DNA from: an uncultured Chloroflexia bacterium
Lineage (GTDB): Bacteria; Chloroflexota; Anaerolineae; JAAYZQ01
NCBI GenBank assembly: GCA_963700285.1
Contig: CAVOXA010000014.1
Coordinates: 352,001-416,000, forward strand
DNA length: 64,000 nt
Direction: 5' to 3'
Below are positions 9,307-19,310 of the stretch, piece by piece (positions within the stretch are counted from its first letter, which is position 1; the number at the start of each line of letters is the position of its first letter). Both the position numbers and the translations under genes were made by a program. The notes under the pieces were generated by a model, which searched no databases, was not told where the DNA came from, and was given only the letters and a program-made list of their open reading frames with translations.

Positions 9307-12063
9307 ATGATGCAATGCCCTCGCTGCGGGCACGACAACCGAATCGGCGCGGACTTTTGCGCCCAATGCGGCGCCTCGCTGGCCTACCTGCAGGGCCAAG
9401 TGCGGCTGCAGCCAGGCCAGTCGCTGAAAGGCGGCGCCTACGAGGTCGCACAGGCCCTGACCCAGGGCGGCATGGGCGCTCTGTACCTGGTCAAGGACAG
9501 GGAAGCCTTTGAAAGGCCGCGCGTCCTGAAAGAGATGCTGGATTATGTCGATCCAGCCGACTATCCCGACCGGTCCACCTACGAGCAGGCCGTCCAGCGG
9601 GCCAACGAGCGTTTTGAGGAAGAGGCTCGCATCCTGGCCAGCCTCCACCACGCCGGGATCCCGGCCATCATCACCTACTTTACCGAGTCGGGGCGCAACT
9701 ATATCGTCATGGAGTATGTGGAAGGCGATGATCTAAACGAGGGCCTGACCCACATCGATGGCCAGGGCCAACTCGTTCCAGGCGAGCCCTATGCTATCAA
9801 GGATGTGGTACGCTGGGGCATCCAGGCCTGCCAGATCCTGGAGTACCTGGAAAGTCGACAGCCTACCCCCGTCATCCACCATGACATCAAACCGGCCAAC
9901 CTTGTCCTGGACCAACACACAGGCGACATCCGTCTGGTGGACTTTGGTACAGCTCAGACGCGCTTTGTGAGCGATCTGGACCCACAAGTCGCCCTGAAAA
10001 AGGCCAGCGTTTTTGGCACCATGGGCTACGCTCCGCCGGAGCAGTACCAGGGCAAGTCGGTGCCCAAGTCGGACGTCTATGCGCTGGCGGCGACGATGTA
10101 TCATCTGCTGACAGACGACGACCCCCAGAACCATCCCATGTCCTTTCCCTGGCCGTCCTCGCTGGGCAGTTCGCTGGCGCGGGTCCTGGCCAAAGCTGTG
10201 GAACCCGATCCTCAGAAGCGCAGCACGGCGGCTCAGTTCCGTCAGGGCCTGGAACTGGGTCTGAAGGAACCTGGAACCAGGACACCCAAAGACAAGGCTG
10301 GCGACTATCGCGTGGTCCTGGCCTACGTTCCCGACCAGATGATCGAACAGACGGTTGAAACTCTGCAGATCGAGCTGTCCATGACTGAAGAAGAAGCCAC
10401 GATGAAAACCCTCTCTGCGCCCACGACAGTGCTGAACAGTACCTCGTACAATGCTTCGCAGACGGTCGTCTCCCAGCTCCAGGCGGCGGGTCTGGGAGCC
10501 AAGTTGGTGGAGGTGGACGAAGGTTACTCGCGTTCGCTGGGACCGGGCACTCTGCGCCAGTACCTGACAAACCGCGGAGAGGTTAAAAAACTGGTATCCA
10601 CCAGGTTGAGCAAAGACCGGCACTGCCACTGCTACGTATGTGGCCACGACTGGACCGCACCCAGGACGCGGGGCCGCCGCCCTCCCTCCGAGTGTCCCCA
10701 GTGTCACTCCAATCAGTGGAATCTGCGCCGGGTTCTCAAGTGCCGCGTCTGCGGCCACGAGTTCGCCCACGCCGACCACGAGCTGCCGGCCAAGCAGCTC
10801 TTTCCCGCCTGCCCTGCCTGCGGCACCCTGGACTGGTTGTCCCGCGACGAGCCAGTACTCCAGATCAAAAACAGCACGCAAAATCTCGGCACGGTACGCT
10901 TGGGCCAACCCAGGTCGGTGGCCGTCACGATCAAGAACCGGGGCAAGGGCGTCCTACGCGGGATCATCCGCGGCCGGGAACCCTGGCTGCAGGCCAGCAG
11001 GAGCTTTAGTGGCGAGACAAAGCTCACCATCCCCATTGATACGTCGCTCTTGAAAGGCGAGCAGCGCTACCAGGGCATGCTGGACGTCCTGAGCAACGGC
11101 GGCGCCCAGCGGATCCAGGTGGAATTCCTGGCACAGACACCAGAGAGGGTCCGAGTCTCACCCGCCGCCCTGGACTTTGGACAAGTAGACGCCCAACCGG
11201 GGTTCTACACATTGCAGGTGACAAACAGTGGTGGAGGCAGGCTTCAGGGCACAGTCACAGCCAGCCAGCCCTGGCTCAAACTCTCCAGCAATGCAATCTC
11301 GGGCAATGCCGTCAAGCTGGCCGTCGTGGCCCGGCCGCTCGAGATGCCGGCCGGGCAGACCGCGAGCGCTGCCATTCGGGTGGCCACCAATGGCGGGGAG
11401 GTGACCATCCCCGTACAGGCTCGGGCCCTGCCAGCCAAGCTTGGGCTATCGCCGCAATCCCTGGAGTTTAGGGAAGTGCAGCCCGGAGAGAAGCGAAGCC
11501 TGGTAGTCAAACTGGAAAACCGAGGGGCGGGTCTACTCGAAGGCCGGCTCACGTCCTGGCCAGAATGGCTCCGCCCGAGCAAAGACCGCTGGTCAAGCAA
11601 CGCCTTTGACCTGGCCGTGGAGCTTGACAGCCGGCCTCTGGCCGATGGCGTGGATCGGAAGGGAGTCATCCGCTTCACCTCCAACGGGGGCGACGTCGAC
11701 CTGCCTGTGCGGGCCACCGCCCTGGGACCCACGCTGACGGTACAGCCCTCAGCCGTCTACCTGGGCACGGTGGCAGCCGGATCACGGCGGAGAGTCAAGC
11801 TACGCCTGACCAACACCGGCAGCGGCGCGCTGACCGGTACCGCCCAAAGTACTTCAGCCTGGCTGCACCTGGAGTCGAACCGGTTCTCCGGCAAGCGTGC
11901 CACCCTCAGCGCCCGGCTCCAGACCAAAGGTCTCGCACCAGGAAGCTACAGCGGAAGCATCGAGATAGAAAGCAACGGGGGACAGACCTCGGTGGTGGTC
12001 CAGATGCAGGTCGCCGACCCAACCGGTCCGCACGCCAGGATCACAAGCTTACTGGGCCGTTAG
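9307..12063 (+). CDS. Hanks-type Ser/Thr protein kinase with zinc ribbons and four Ig-like (BACON/choice-of-anchor D-like) repeats
   Basis: QGGMG, RVLKEM, HHDIKPAN, DFG, GYAPPEQ; N-terminal CPRC/CAQC; central CxxC pairs; repeats ending in (S/T)NGG. GGAG precedes the ATG at 9307. Confidence 0.9.
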   Translation: MMQCPRCGHDNRIGADFCAQCGASLAYLQGQVRLQPGQSLKGGAYEVAQALTQGGMGALYLVKDREAFERPRVLKEMLDYVDPADYPDRSTYEQAVQRANERFEEEARILASLHHAGIPAIITYFTESGRNYIVMEYVEGDDLNEGLTHIDGQGQLVPGEPYAIKDVVRWGIQACQILEYLESRQPTPVIHHDIKPANLVLDQHTGDIRLVDFGTAQTRFVSDLDPQVALKKASVFGTMGYAPPEQYQGKSVPKSDVYALAATMYHLLTDDDPQNHPMSFPWPSSLGSSLARVLAKAVEPDPQKRSTAAQFRQGLELGLKEPGTRTPKDKAGDYRVVLAYVPDQMIEQTVETLQIELSMTEEEATMKTLSAPTTVLNSTSYNASQTVVSQLQAAGLGAKLVEVDEGYSRSLGPGTLRQYLTNRGEVKKLVSTRLSKDRHCHCYVCGHDWTAPRTRGRRPPSECPQCHSNQWNLRRVLKCRVCGHEFAHADHELPAKQLFPACPACGTLDWLSRDEPVLQIKNSTQNLGTVRLGQPRSVAVTIKNRGKGVLRGIIRGREPWLQASRSFSGETKLTIPIDTSLLKGEQRYQGMLDVLSNGGAQRIQVEFLAQTPERVRVSPAALDFGQVDAQPGFYTLQVTNSGGGRLQGTVTASQPWLKLSSNAISGNAVKLAVVARPLEMPAGQTASAAIRVATNGGEVTIPVQARALPAKLGLSPQSLEFREVQPGEKRSLVVKLENRGAGLLEGRLTSWPEWLRPSKDRWSSNAFDLAVELDSRPLADGVDRKGVIRFTSNGGDVDLPVRATALGPTLTVQPSAVYLGTVAAGSRRRVKLRLTNTGSGALTGTAQSTSAWLHLESNRFSGKRATLSARLQTKGLAPGSYSGSIEIESNGGQTSVVVQMQVADPTGPHARITSLLGR

Positions 12064-12304
12064 GCCCAGAGGCGTGGCGGTCAGATCTCGGGCAGCAGCT
12101 CGGAGATCTGGCCAGGACAGACAAGTTGCCATTTACTCAAAGATCCAAATGGCGTTACAATGGTAGCGTTCCGGCTCAGTTGAGACTTGGATTCTGTGCT
12201 GTCTTTTCTAGAGATCCTCACGCTTGAGTCCCGTGGAAACCCCCATTGCCTGGTTGTGAGATAATCGGAGGAGAACAATAAAGATCGACTATTCCCGCGA
12301 GAAC

Positions 12305-13120
12305 GTGATGACCCTGGACCCGACGACGCTGCGGGCCATGATCGTTGAGCGCACCCACCACACGGTCGAGATCCAGCTCTGCGATGCGCTGGCCAAGGGT
12401 GAAGCCATGTCTCCGAAGCGGGGCGACAACGTGCGTGAACTGCTGTCCATGTGGCAGGAACGCGGCCTGCCGGTGGATCCGGACGCCCCTGACTGGGCCT
12501 GGGTACATGCCCTGCTGGACATGGCGGAGCGGTTGGGCCAGGGTGAAGCGGTGACGCTGTCCGATTTTGCCTGGCAGCCCTTCGACGAGAGCAGACGGGA
12601 GGTTTGCGCCCAGCTCATCCACCAGCGGCGTTCGGTGCGGCACTGGACCCATGAGCGGGTGCCGGATGGGATGATCGACGAGATCATGCAGGCTGGATTG
12701 TGGGCACCCCACGGCTGCAACCTCTGCTCGTTGCGCTTCCTAGTAATCCGCGAAGAGAATGCGCCCGGGCTCTTTCGGGGAAGCGACATTCCGGGCGGTC
12801 CGGTGCATATCGTCGCCTGCCAGGATCGCCGTGCCTACTATGCCCAGCCAGGCTACGTGGCCCATCCGGATATGCTGGAGCGTAACCGTCTGCTAGACTG
12901 CGGCGCCGCCATGCAGAATATGGTGCTCATGGCCCATGCCCTGGGGCTTGGCGCCTGCTGGCTCACCTTCCGTCTCGACATGGTACAGCGACTCTGCGAG
13001 CATTTTGAGCTGGATGATGAGATAGAGATAGTGACCTACCTGGACATCGGCTTTCCCGCCGAGACGCCGATGCCCCCAGGCCGGATGGCCTTGGCGGAGA
13101 CCGTTATCGCCCGGGTATAG
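12305..13120 (+). CDS. Nitroreductase family protein with N-terminal extension
   Basis: RRSVRHW, WAPHGCN, DCGAAMQNMVLMAHALGLGACW. A possible upstream ATA start lies at 12278. Confidence 0.85.
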   Translation: MMTLDPTTLRAMIVERTHHTVEIQLCDALAKGEAMSPKRGDNVRELLSMWQERGLPVDPDAPDWAWVHALLDMAERLGQGEAVTLSDFAWQPFDESRREVCAQLIHQRRSVRHWTHERVPDGMIDEIMQAGLWAPHGCNLCSLRFLVIREENAPGLFRGSDIPGGPVHIVACQDRRAYYAQPGYVAHPDMLERNRLLDCGAAMQNMVLMAHALGLGACWLTFRLDMVQRLCEHFELDDEIEIVTYLDIGFPAETPMPPGRMALAETVIARV

Positions 13121-13134
13121 ATGGGGGGCATGCC

Positions 13135-14238
13135 ATGGGTAGATGGTCGAGAACTAGCAGGCACATTCCGGCCAGACCTGGTTGGGCTGTGTTCCTGTTG
13201 CTCGTCGCACCGCTACTCTCCTGCACACCGCTAGTCGCCAGCCAGAGGATCAGGGATCGTGTCCCGCAGGTGGACACTCATCTGGACCGGCTGGCCCAGC
13301 AGGGACAGTTCAGCGGCTCCGTCCTCGTGGCCCAGGGCGGAGAGATCCTCCTCAGCAAGGGCTATGGCTGGGCCGACAAGGAGAACAGCGTGGCCAACAG
13401 CCCACAGACCAAGTTCCGCATCCACTGGCTCACGATGCCCTTCACAGCCACGGCCATCCTCATGCTGCAGGCGCGGGGGCAACTGGACGTCCTGGACCCC
13501 ATCTGCGACTATGTCCCGGACTGCCCCGAGTACTGGCGAGGGATCACTATCCACCATCTTCTGACCCACACCTCGGGCCTGTCCGACTGGATCCAGCCCT
13601 GGCACGGCGAGTCTGACAGGCCGACCAACTCGCTCCAGCTCATCTCACGCTTCAAGGACAAGCCACCCTACTTTGGCCCGGGAGAGGACCTGCGGTACAG
13701 CGCCAATGGCTACCTCGTTCTGGGCCACATCATCGAGAGCGTCTCGGGAATATCGTATGAAACCTTCTTGCGTCAAGAGGTTTTCGAGCCGTTGGGTCTG
13801 GCGAATACGGGCTACGAAACCAGCAACCAGCTAGCTGTTGGTTACAAGCGCTTGGGAATCAGGGCGCCAATCCCCGACCTCCTCTTTCAGTATTCGGCCG
13901 GCGGGCTCTACTCGTCTGTGGGAGACCTCTACCGCTTTGAACGAGCGCTGCACAATGAACAACTTGTCCCCCGGGAGTATCTGAACATGATGTTCACCGG
14001 ATACGCCAGAACACCCAGCGTGGACATCGAAAAGGCCGACTATGGCTATGGCTGGTTCATCGGCCGCATGCTCGACCGTCGGGTCCTGGCCCATGGCGGT
14101 CAGATCGGAGGCTATACCTCTTTCTGGATTCATTTTACGAAGGAGCAGGTGACGATAATAGGCCTGCGCAACTATGGGCTGGATATCTACGATCGCCTGG
14201 AGATAGAGGTGGCCCAGATGCTCTTTGGCGAGGATTGA
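13135..14238 (+). CDS. Beta-lactamase/serine-hydrolase-fold lipoprotein lacking catalytic residues
   Basis: FSGSVLVA, ITIHHLLTHTSGL, FEPLGL, AGGLYSSVGDL, HGG; the SxxK position reads WLTM; lipobox-like LLSC. Confidence 0.85.
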   Translation: MGRWSRTSRHIPARPGWAVFLLLVAPLLSCTPLVASQRIRDRVPQVDTHLDRLAQQGQFSGSVLVAQGGEILLSKGYGWADKENSVANSPQTKFRIHWLTMPFTATAILMLQARGQLDVLDPICDYVPDCPEYWRGITIHHLLTHTSGLSDWIQPWHGESDRPTNSLQLISRFKDKPPYFGPGEDLRYSANGYLVLGHIIESVSGISYETFLRQEVFEPLGLANTGYETSNQLAVGYKRLGIRAPIPDLLFQYSAGGLYSSVGDLYRFERALHNEQLVPREYLNMMFTGYARTPSVDIEKADYGYGWFIGRMLDRRVLAHGGQIGGYTSFWIHFTKEQVTIIGLRNYGLDIYDRLEIEVAQMLFGED

Positions 14239-14439
14239 TGCAAACGATAGTTGGTGCTCCAGACCCGATAGACTGTCCGAAGCTCTTCAGGGTTGAATCT
14301 CCTGACCACGACGGTATACTGGGGCTTCTTCGCCGGCCTATGGCCGGAAAACACTGGTTCGTGCCCAGCGGAGGCTGCAAGACAATGCGGGCTGCGGCTA
14401 ATGGCGCCGGCACAAACCAGATAGAGGAGAACGCGTTCA

Positions 14440-15123
14440 ATGTTAAGGATCATGTTGATTGTTCTGGCCGTGATACTCGCCCTGGTCCTGCTGTTCTGGT
14501 TCATCGTCCTGCCCTGGAGCCACCGCCGCGGCGCTACCGATGAAGAGGTCAAAAATCCCCTGCCTGGGGATGAGTTGGTGCCGGATCCCAGGACGGGCTA
14601 CACGCAGGCCATCACCATCAACGCTCCGGCGGCCAAAGTCTGGCCCTGGCTGGCGCAGCATGGCTACATGCGGGCGGGCTTTTACAGTCACGAGTGGGTC
14701 TACCAGCTCATGGGCAGCAATGACTATTACGAAGGCACGCGGTCGGCGGATCGGATCATCCCCGAACTGCAAGACCTAAAGGTGGGGGACTCGATCAAGA
14801 TCAATGCATACTCGCCCTTCGAGGTCGTGGACCTGGAGCCGGCGCGGCTTCTGGCACTACTGGCCCGCTCCGACCTGGAAACTGGCGAGACCTTCGAGCT
14901 TTCTGGACCGGCGCCAGCCAGGTACATGAATCAGAGCTGGGTGTACCATCTGCAAGAGATCGACGAGGATAGTACTCGGCTCATCGTCCGCTGGCGCGGT
15001 GACTATAGCCCCAGCTTTGCCAACTCCTTGTTCTTTCGGATGTCGGTTGAAGCCGGGGCCGTGCTGATGCAGTACAAGATGCTCCAAGGCATCAAGGAGC
15101 GGGCGAAGGGGGAAGCACGCTGA
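14440..15123 (+). CDS. SRPBCC-like membrane-anchored protein
   Basis: N-terminal TM, GATDEEV..PLPGDELV, AITINAP..VWPWL.Q.G..RAGFYS, ML.GIKERA. Confidence 0.75.
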   Translation: MLRIMLIVLAVILALVLLFWFIVLPWSHRRGATDEEVKNPLPGDELVPDPRTGYTQAITINAPAAKVWPWLAQHGYMRAGFYSHEWVYQLMGSNDYYEGTRSADRIIPELQDLKVGDSIKINAYSPFEVVDLEPARLLALLARSDLETGETFELSGPAPARYMNQSWVYHLQEIDEDSTRLIVRWRGDYSPSFANSLFFRMSVEAGAVLMQYKMLQGIKERAKGEAR

Positions 15124-15155
15124 ATTCCTCTGATTCTCAGTTCGCTGTAGCTCCA

Positions 15156-16808
15156 TCATTCCGTCGGATCCAGCACGCGCCCGGCAAAGAGGATGGAGCC
15201 CGACTGAATGTCGCGAATGAAGAAAATAAAGGGCCGGTCTACCCGGACCTCCACCGGTTCTGAGGGCATGGCCGACAGGGCCATACCCACCGCCGTTGCC
15301 GCGGCCGCCTCGGTGCCCTGCTCGTCCACCGCCACGAAGGCCTTGTGGATCACGGCGCTGATGAAGAGATCGCGCTGGCCCGTCATCCCTGAAAAGTCGG
15401 CCGCGTCGGAAAAGGCCAGCGGCATGCCCATGTCCGCCAGCGTGTCCCCCAGACTGAATTCGTCGTCGAACTCGAAGCGGGGCATGGTCAGGTCAATCTG
15501 CTGGTAGCCCGAGCCGTCCAGCGCGGATTCGACGACTGAGGTGTCCAGCGCCGCCTCAAAAGTCTCGAATCCCCCCTCGTCGGGTAGCAGCATGACCATC
15601 GACAGCTCGCTCCCGCTGTAGGGTAGCTCCACAAGCTGGTAGCCATCACCCCGGGCATAACCAAAGGTATCGCTCTGGCGCATCAGCGGCACCGTCACCG
15701 GCTCACCGTCGACGGGGTAAAACGGGCCATCCGCTGTGGCCGTCTCCTGGAATGGCTTGGCCCAGGCCGCATTAAAATAGATGGCATTGGTCAGCACCAG
15801 CCGGGTGGTGGCATCCAACACACCAGGTGGGATCAGGTTCTCGATCCGGCCCTCTGTCTGCTCGCTGACCCAGTCGTTGATGGTCGACCGGGCCGCCCCA
15901 GCGCCGGCAAAGTCTACGAGCCGCATGCCGGCGCCATAGTTGCGGGCCAGCAGGTCCAGGAACTCGGGCAGGAAGGGGTAGCCCGTCTGGCCCCAGAGGG
16001 CGTTGGCGATGTTGAGGCGGAAGCCTTCCCCATCCAAACCAGCCGCCCCTTCGCCTCGCTTGGCCAGCTCTTGATCCAGGCCGTTGAAGGCCGGGTGCAG
16101 CCACTCCTGGGGCAGGCTGAAGCGCAGCGTATCGGCCATCTGGGACTCGGTCTCCCCGCGAGCACCAGCGTAGGTCATGGCCAGCGCCACAGAGATGCTG
16201 TAGGGCGAGAAGAAGAGATTGCCCTCTTCTCCACGCAGTTTCTGGTATAGGTCAAAGGCGAAGGCACTGTTGCCTGTCGCCAGCATTTGCAGGTCGCTCT
16301 CCGGCACCTGGGGCGCAGCCTCACGCTCGCCCTGGGGCGGGACAGACTCGGTCACGTTTCCCATTGCATCCACTTTTCCCTCCCACTGGAATCCCGTTGC
16401 CGGGTCGCTGACCAGGACGGTATAGACAACATATTGTGGAGCCACGACGGGCATCGATACCTGGACCGTGCCATCCCAGGTAGCGGACGTGTACTCGACT
16501 GCATGGGAACCGACCAGCTTCTCGGGGGTGACCACCTGCTCGTCCCAGTTGGGATCCCGTAGCACATCCAGTCCGTACTGCTTGTACAGGTAGGCAAGGG
16601 CGGCGTCCCGACCGCGGGCGGGATCGGGCGCATCCACCAACCCGGGAGTTGGACCGGCCGGTTCGGAGCTTGGGCCGGAACGCACCGGCGTGGCCAGTGG
16701 CAGGGTAGGCTTGGGAGTCACTACAGCCTCTCGCGCCGGGATGCATGCACTGGCAACCAGCGGGCCCACCACCAAGATCAACATCAGCCTAAGCAGTTTC
16801 CTGTTCAT
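15156..16808 (-). CDS. Serpin family lipoprotein
   Basis: NLFFSPYSI, LTNAIYFNAAW, VDEQGTEAAAAT hinge, VDRPFIFFIRD; lipobox VASAC. Confidence 0.95.
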   Translation of the reverse strand: MNRKLLRLMLILVVGPLVASACIPAREAVVTPKPTLPLATPVRSGPSSEPAGPTPGLVDAPDPARGRDAALAYLYKQYGLDVLRDPNWDEQVVTPEKLVGSHAVEYTSATWDGTVQVSMPVVAPQYVVYTVLVSDPATGFQWEGKVDAMGNVTESVPPQGEREAAPQVPESDLQMLATGNSAFAFDLYQKLRGEEGNLFFSPYSISVALAMTYAGARGETESQMADTLRFSLPQEWLHPAFNGLDQELAKRGEGAAGLDGEGFRLNIANALWGQTGYPFLPEFLDLLARNYGAGMRLVDFAGAGAARSTINDWVSEQTEGRIENLIPPGVLDATTRLVLTNAIYFNAAWAKPFQETATADGPFYPVDGEPVTVPLMRQSDTFGYARGDGYQLVELPYSGSELSMVMLLPDEGGFETFEAALDTSVVESALDGSGYQQIDLTMPRFEFDDEFSLGDTLADMGMPLAFSDAADFSGMTGQRDLFISAVIHKAFVAVDEQGTEAAAATAVGMALSAMPSEPVEVRVDRPFIFFIRDIQSGSILFAGRVLDPTE

Positions 16809-17077
16809 CTTCTATCTCCTCGAGTTCTCGCACCTTCGATGCCATGCATTTGGCGTCCTGCATACTAGACGCATCGGTGCCCACGTTGGTTCCCCGCGGC
16901 ACACGGCTCCCAGTGCCGCGCCTTGGGTGCTTTTCGCGCCCTTTCGTGACCTTCGCGATCCAGATGTTGCACCGCGCCCCCAGCGCGCACCTCCACGCGG
17001 TTTTGGTCTCGATGAGGTCGCCTCCAAATGTCGGGCGTACCTTGGTAAACGACCGGCCAGGCTCGATACCAAGACAC

Positions 17078-17106
17078 TTGTACCTTTCCCGGCTTTGTGG
17101 TATCAT
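17078..17106 (+). promoter_or_regulatory. Sigma70-type promoter
   Basis: TTGTAC-17 bp-TATCAT with extended -10, upstream of the ATG at 17227. Confidence 0.55.
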
Positions 17107-17226
17107 TTACCCACATCATGCTCAACAGTCGCCTCCATGACGCCTCTGAAAAGAGGCACAAGAGAAAGGAGAATAGTCGCACAGCCGGCCGCATCCAGCA
17201 GTCACACACAAGGAAGGAGACAGATC

Positions 17227-19203
17227 ATGATCGCTCAGTCTCTCACCGTTCTCAAGAGCTTTGGTCTTGTGACGGCCCTCGTTGGCCTGGTTTTCAGCTC
17301 CCAGATCAGCGCTGCAGCCAGCGGTGGCGTGTTCAATCCCATCCAGTCCGCGCCTTCGCCCGAAGAGCCTCCCGCGGCCCAGTTGGCTGAGCCAACTGGG
17401 CCCAACACCCCGCTCATCGGCTGTGGCGAATCAGCAGGCGACTCCTGGACCAACTCAACAGACACTTTCAGCACCGTCCGAGAGTGCAGCCTCACAGTGC
17501 CCGACGATGGCCTCGTCTTCATCTCCACGGATGCCAGTGTGGCAAACAGCGGCGACGGCAGCCGCGGCGAGTTCGACGTCTCTATCGACAGCACGACCAG
17601 CGGAGTTGGCGCTCCACGTTGGGTCGACGTCCGTGACGACGGGAACGGAGGCCAGCGAATGGTCCTGGCCCGTACTGCTACTGTGCCCCTTGCTACTGGC
17701 AGCCACACCATTCGCCTGCTGGGCCGGAGCCTCTTCCCACCAGACACGGTACACCTGGAAGACTCCTCGCTGTCCGCCATCTTTGTTCCGGACTCCAGCG
17801 ATCTGTTGGTTTGTTATGACAATGCTAGTGAATGGTCAACCTCGTCCTCTACCTACGGCGGCATCCTAAAGTGCTCGCTCAAGGTTCCCGAGAATGGCTG
17901 GGCCTTTATCACCGCCGATGCCACGGTCCGGTGGCAACAACTCGACCAGGATCTGGAACTGGCCTTCGACTTTGACGATGCGACTAGCCCTGAGGGGGCT
18001 ACCCGTTTTATCGGCGCGCACACCGGCACCTGGTCCTTCTCCCCGGCTGCGCTCTCTCTCCTCAAACCCGTGAAGAAAGGTGATCGTATCTTCTATCTCG
18101 TTGGCCGGCGCGACCAGGGCGCTGGGCAGATCGACGTCTACCACCCAGCCCTCAACGTCATCTACATCCCATCGGCCAGTGCTTATGCCCTCACCTGTGG
18201 CGCATCCGATACTGATCTCTGGTCGCATACATCCAGTACCTGGAAGGAAATCGCCAAGTGCAGCCTGCCCGTTCCCACCGACGCCTGGGCTTTCGTTTCG
18301 GCCAGCAGCTCGGTGAACTATTCGGACGGCCCCTATCAGGGGGAGTTCAAGGTCAATATCGGCACCCTTGAGAGTACCTCCCGCGTGGTCAACATCTACG
18401 ACAACGATGACTTTGGCAAAGACAACACGGTGGCAGCATCGCTGCTCAAGCCCATCGAGGCCGGTACGCATAGCTTCACGTTCGAAGCGCGGCGAGCGTC
18501 AGGAACGGCAACCATGCAGCTCTACCGCCCGACACTGACAGCCATCGTGCCGCTCTCCACACTGTACGCGCCGGTCCTGAGCACGCCGGCGGATGGCGCC
18601 ACCCTCTGCTCCGGCCAGCCCACCTTCACTTGGAACGGCGTGGATGGGGCAACGTCGCACCAGATCCAGATCGACAACGATCCCACCTTCGGGTCGCCTG
18701 AGATCGACGAGACGGTTATGGGCGCGAGCTACACCGTCACTCCGGCCCAAGAGATCCTGGACGGCCGGCACCACTGGCGCGTACGGGGCCTGTCTCCGAG
18801 CCAGACAGGGCCCTGGTCGGCGGCATGGAACTTCTCGGTTGGCCCGCCGGTGGCGCCCACGCCCCAGTCGCCGGCCGATGGCGCGACGATAGAAGATACC
18901 ACGCCGGAATTCCGCTGGTCCAGCGTTCAGGGAGGCACCGAATACCGCCTTCGAGTGGGCCGCGATGCCTCATTCAGTTCTGTCGCGCTGGACGTCAACG
19001 TGGCCGGTACGTCACACACGCCGGCAGCGGTACTGGCCAATGGCACATACTGGTGGATGGTCCAGGCCCACAACACCTGCGCCTGGGGTGATTGGTCCGC
19101 AACCTGGAAGGTAACCGTCGACGAAAAGCAACACTACATTTACCTTCCGCTGCTGTCGCGAGAGTCCGCCAGGCAGTATCACTCCCGGGTTTTGTTGCGA
19201 TAG
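17227..19203 (+). CDS. Secreted repeat protein: three ~130-aa Cys-paired repeats, two FN3-like repeats, C-terminal YLPL motif
   Basis: RBS AAGGAAGGAG, signal peptide, three C..W....C(S)L.VP..G..F repeats, two PADGA..P.F.W..V.G repeats, YIYLPLLSR. Confidence 0.8.
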   Translation: MIAQSLTVLKSFGLVTALVGLVFSSQISAAASGGVFNPIQSAPSPEEPPAAQLAEPTGPNTPLIGCGESAGDSWTNSTDTFSTVRECSLTVPDDGLVFISTDASVANSGDGSRGEFDVSIDSTTSGVGAPRWVDVRDDGNGGQRMVLARTATVPLATGSHTIRLLGRSLFPPDTVHLEDSSLSAIFVPDSSDLLVCYDNASEWSTSSSTYGGILKCSLKVPENGWAFITADATVRWQQLDQDLELAFDFDDATSPEGATRFIGAHTGTWSFSPAALSLLKPVKKGDRIFYLVGRRDQGAGQIDVYHPALNVIYIPSASAYALTCGASDTDLWSHTSSTWKEIAKCSLPVPTDAWAFVSASSSVNYSDGPYQGEFKVNIGTLESTSRVVNIYDNDDFGKDNTVAASLLKPIEAGTHSFTFEARRASGTATMQLYRPTLTAIVPLSTLYAPVLSTPADGATLCSGQPTFTWNGVDGATSHQIQIDNDPTFGSPEIDETVMGASYTVTPAQEILDGRHHWRVRGLSPSQTGPWSAAWNFSVGPPVAPTPQSPADGATIEDTTPEFRWSSVQGGTEYRLRVGRDASFSSVALDVNVAGTSHTPAAVLANGTYWWMVQAHNTCAWGDWSATWKVTVDEKQHYIYLPLLSRESARQYHSRVLLR

Positions 19204-19310
19204 CGCCACCCTTGATGCTACGGGGAATGGAGAGAGCCATAGAGCAAGCAGCACAGATCGAGAGCAATTGCCAGACCTGCGGCATGCGCGCCCGGACTTA
19301 CGGAGGCACA

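Noticed and set aside
16930-16961. ttttcgcgccctttcgtgaccttcgcg short TTCG-periodic motif
   Set aside because: Single short copy in the window; too little to call an element.
16690-17226. N-terminal extension of the 837-aa ORF
   Set aside because: Overlaps the divergent serpin start and a promoter; the signal peptide and RBS start at 17227.
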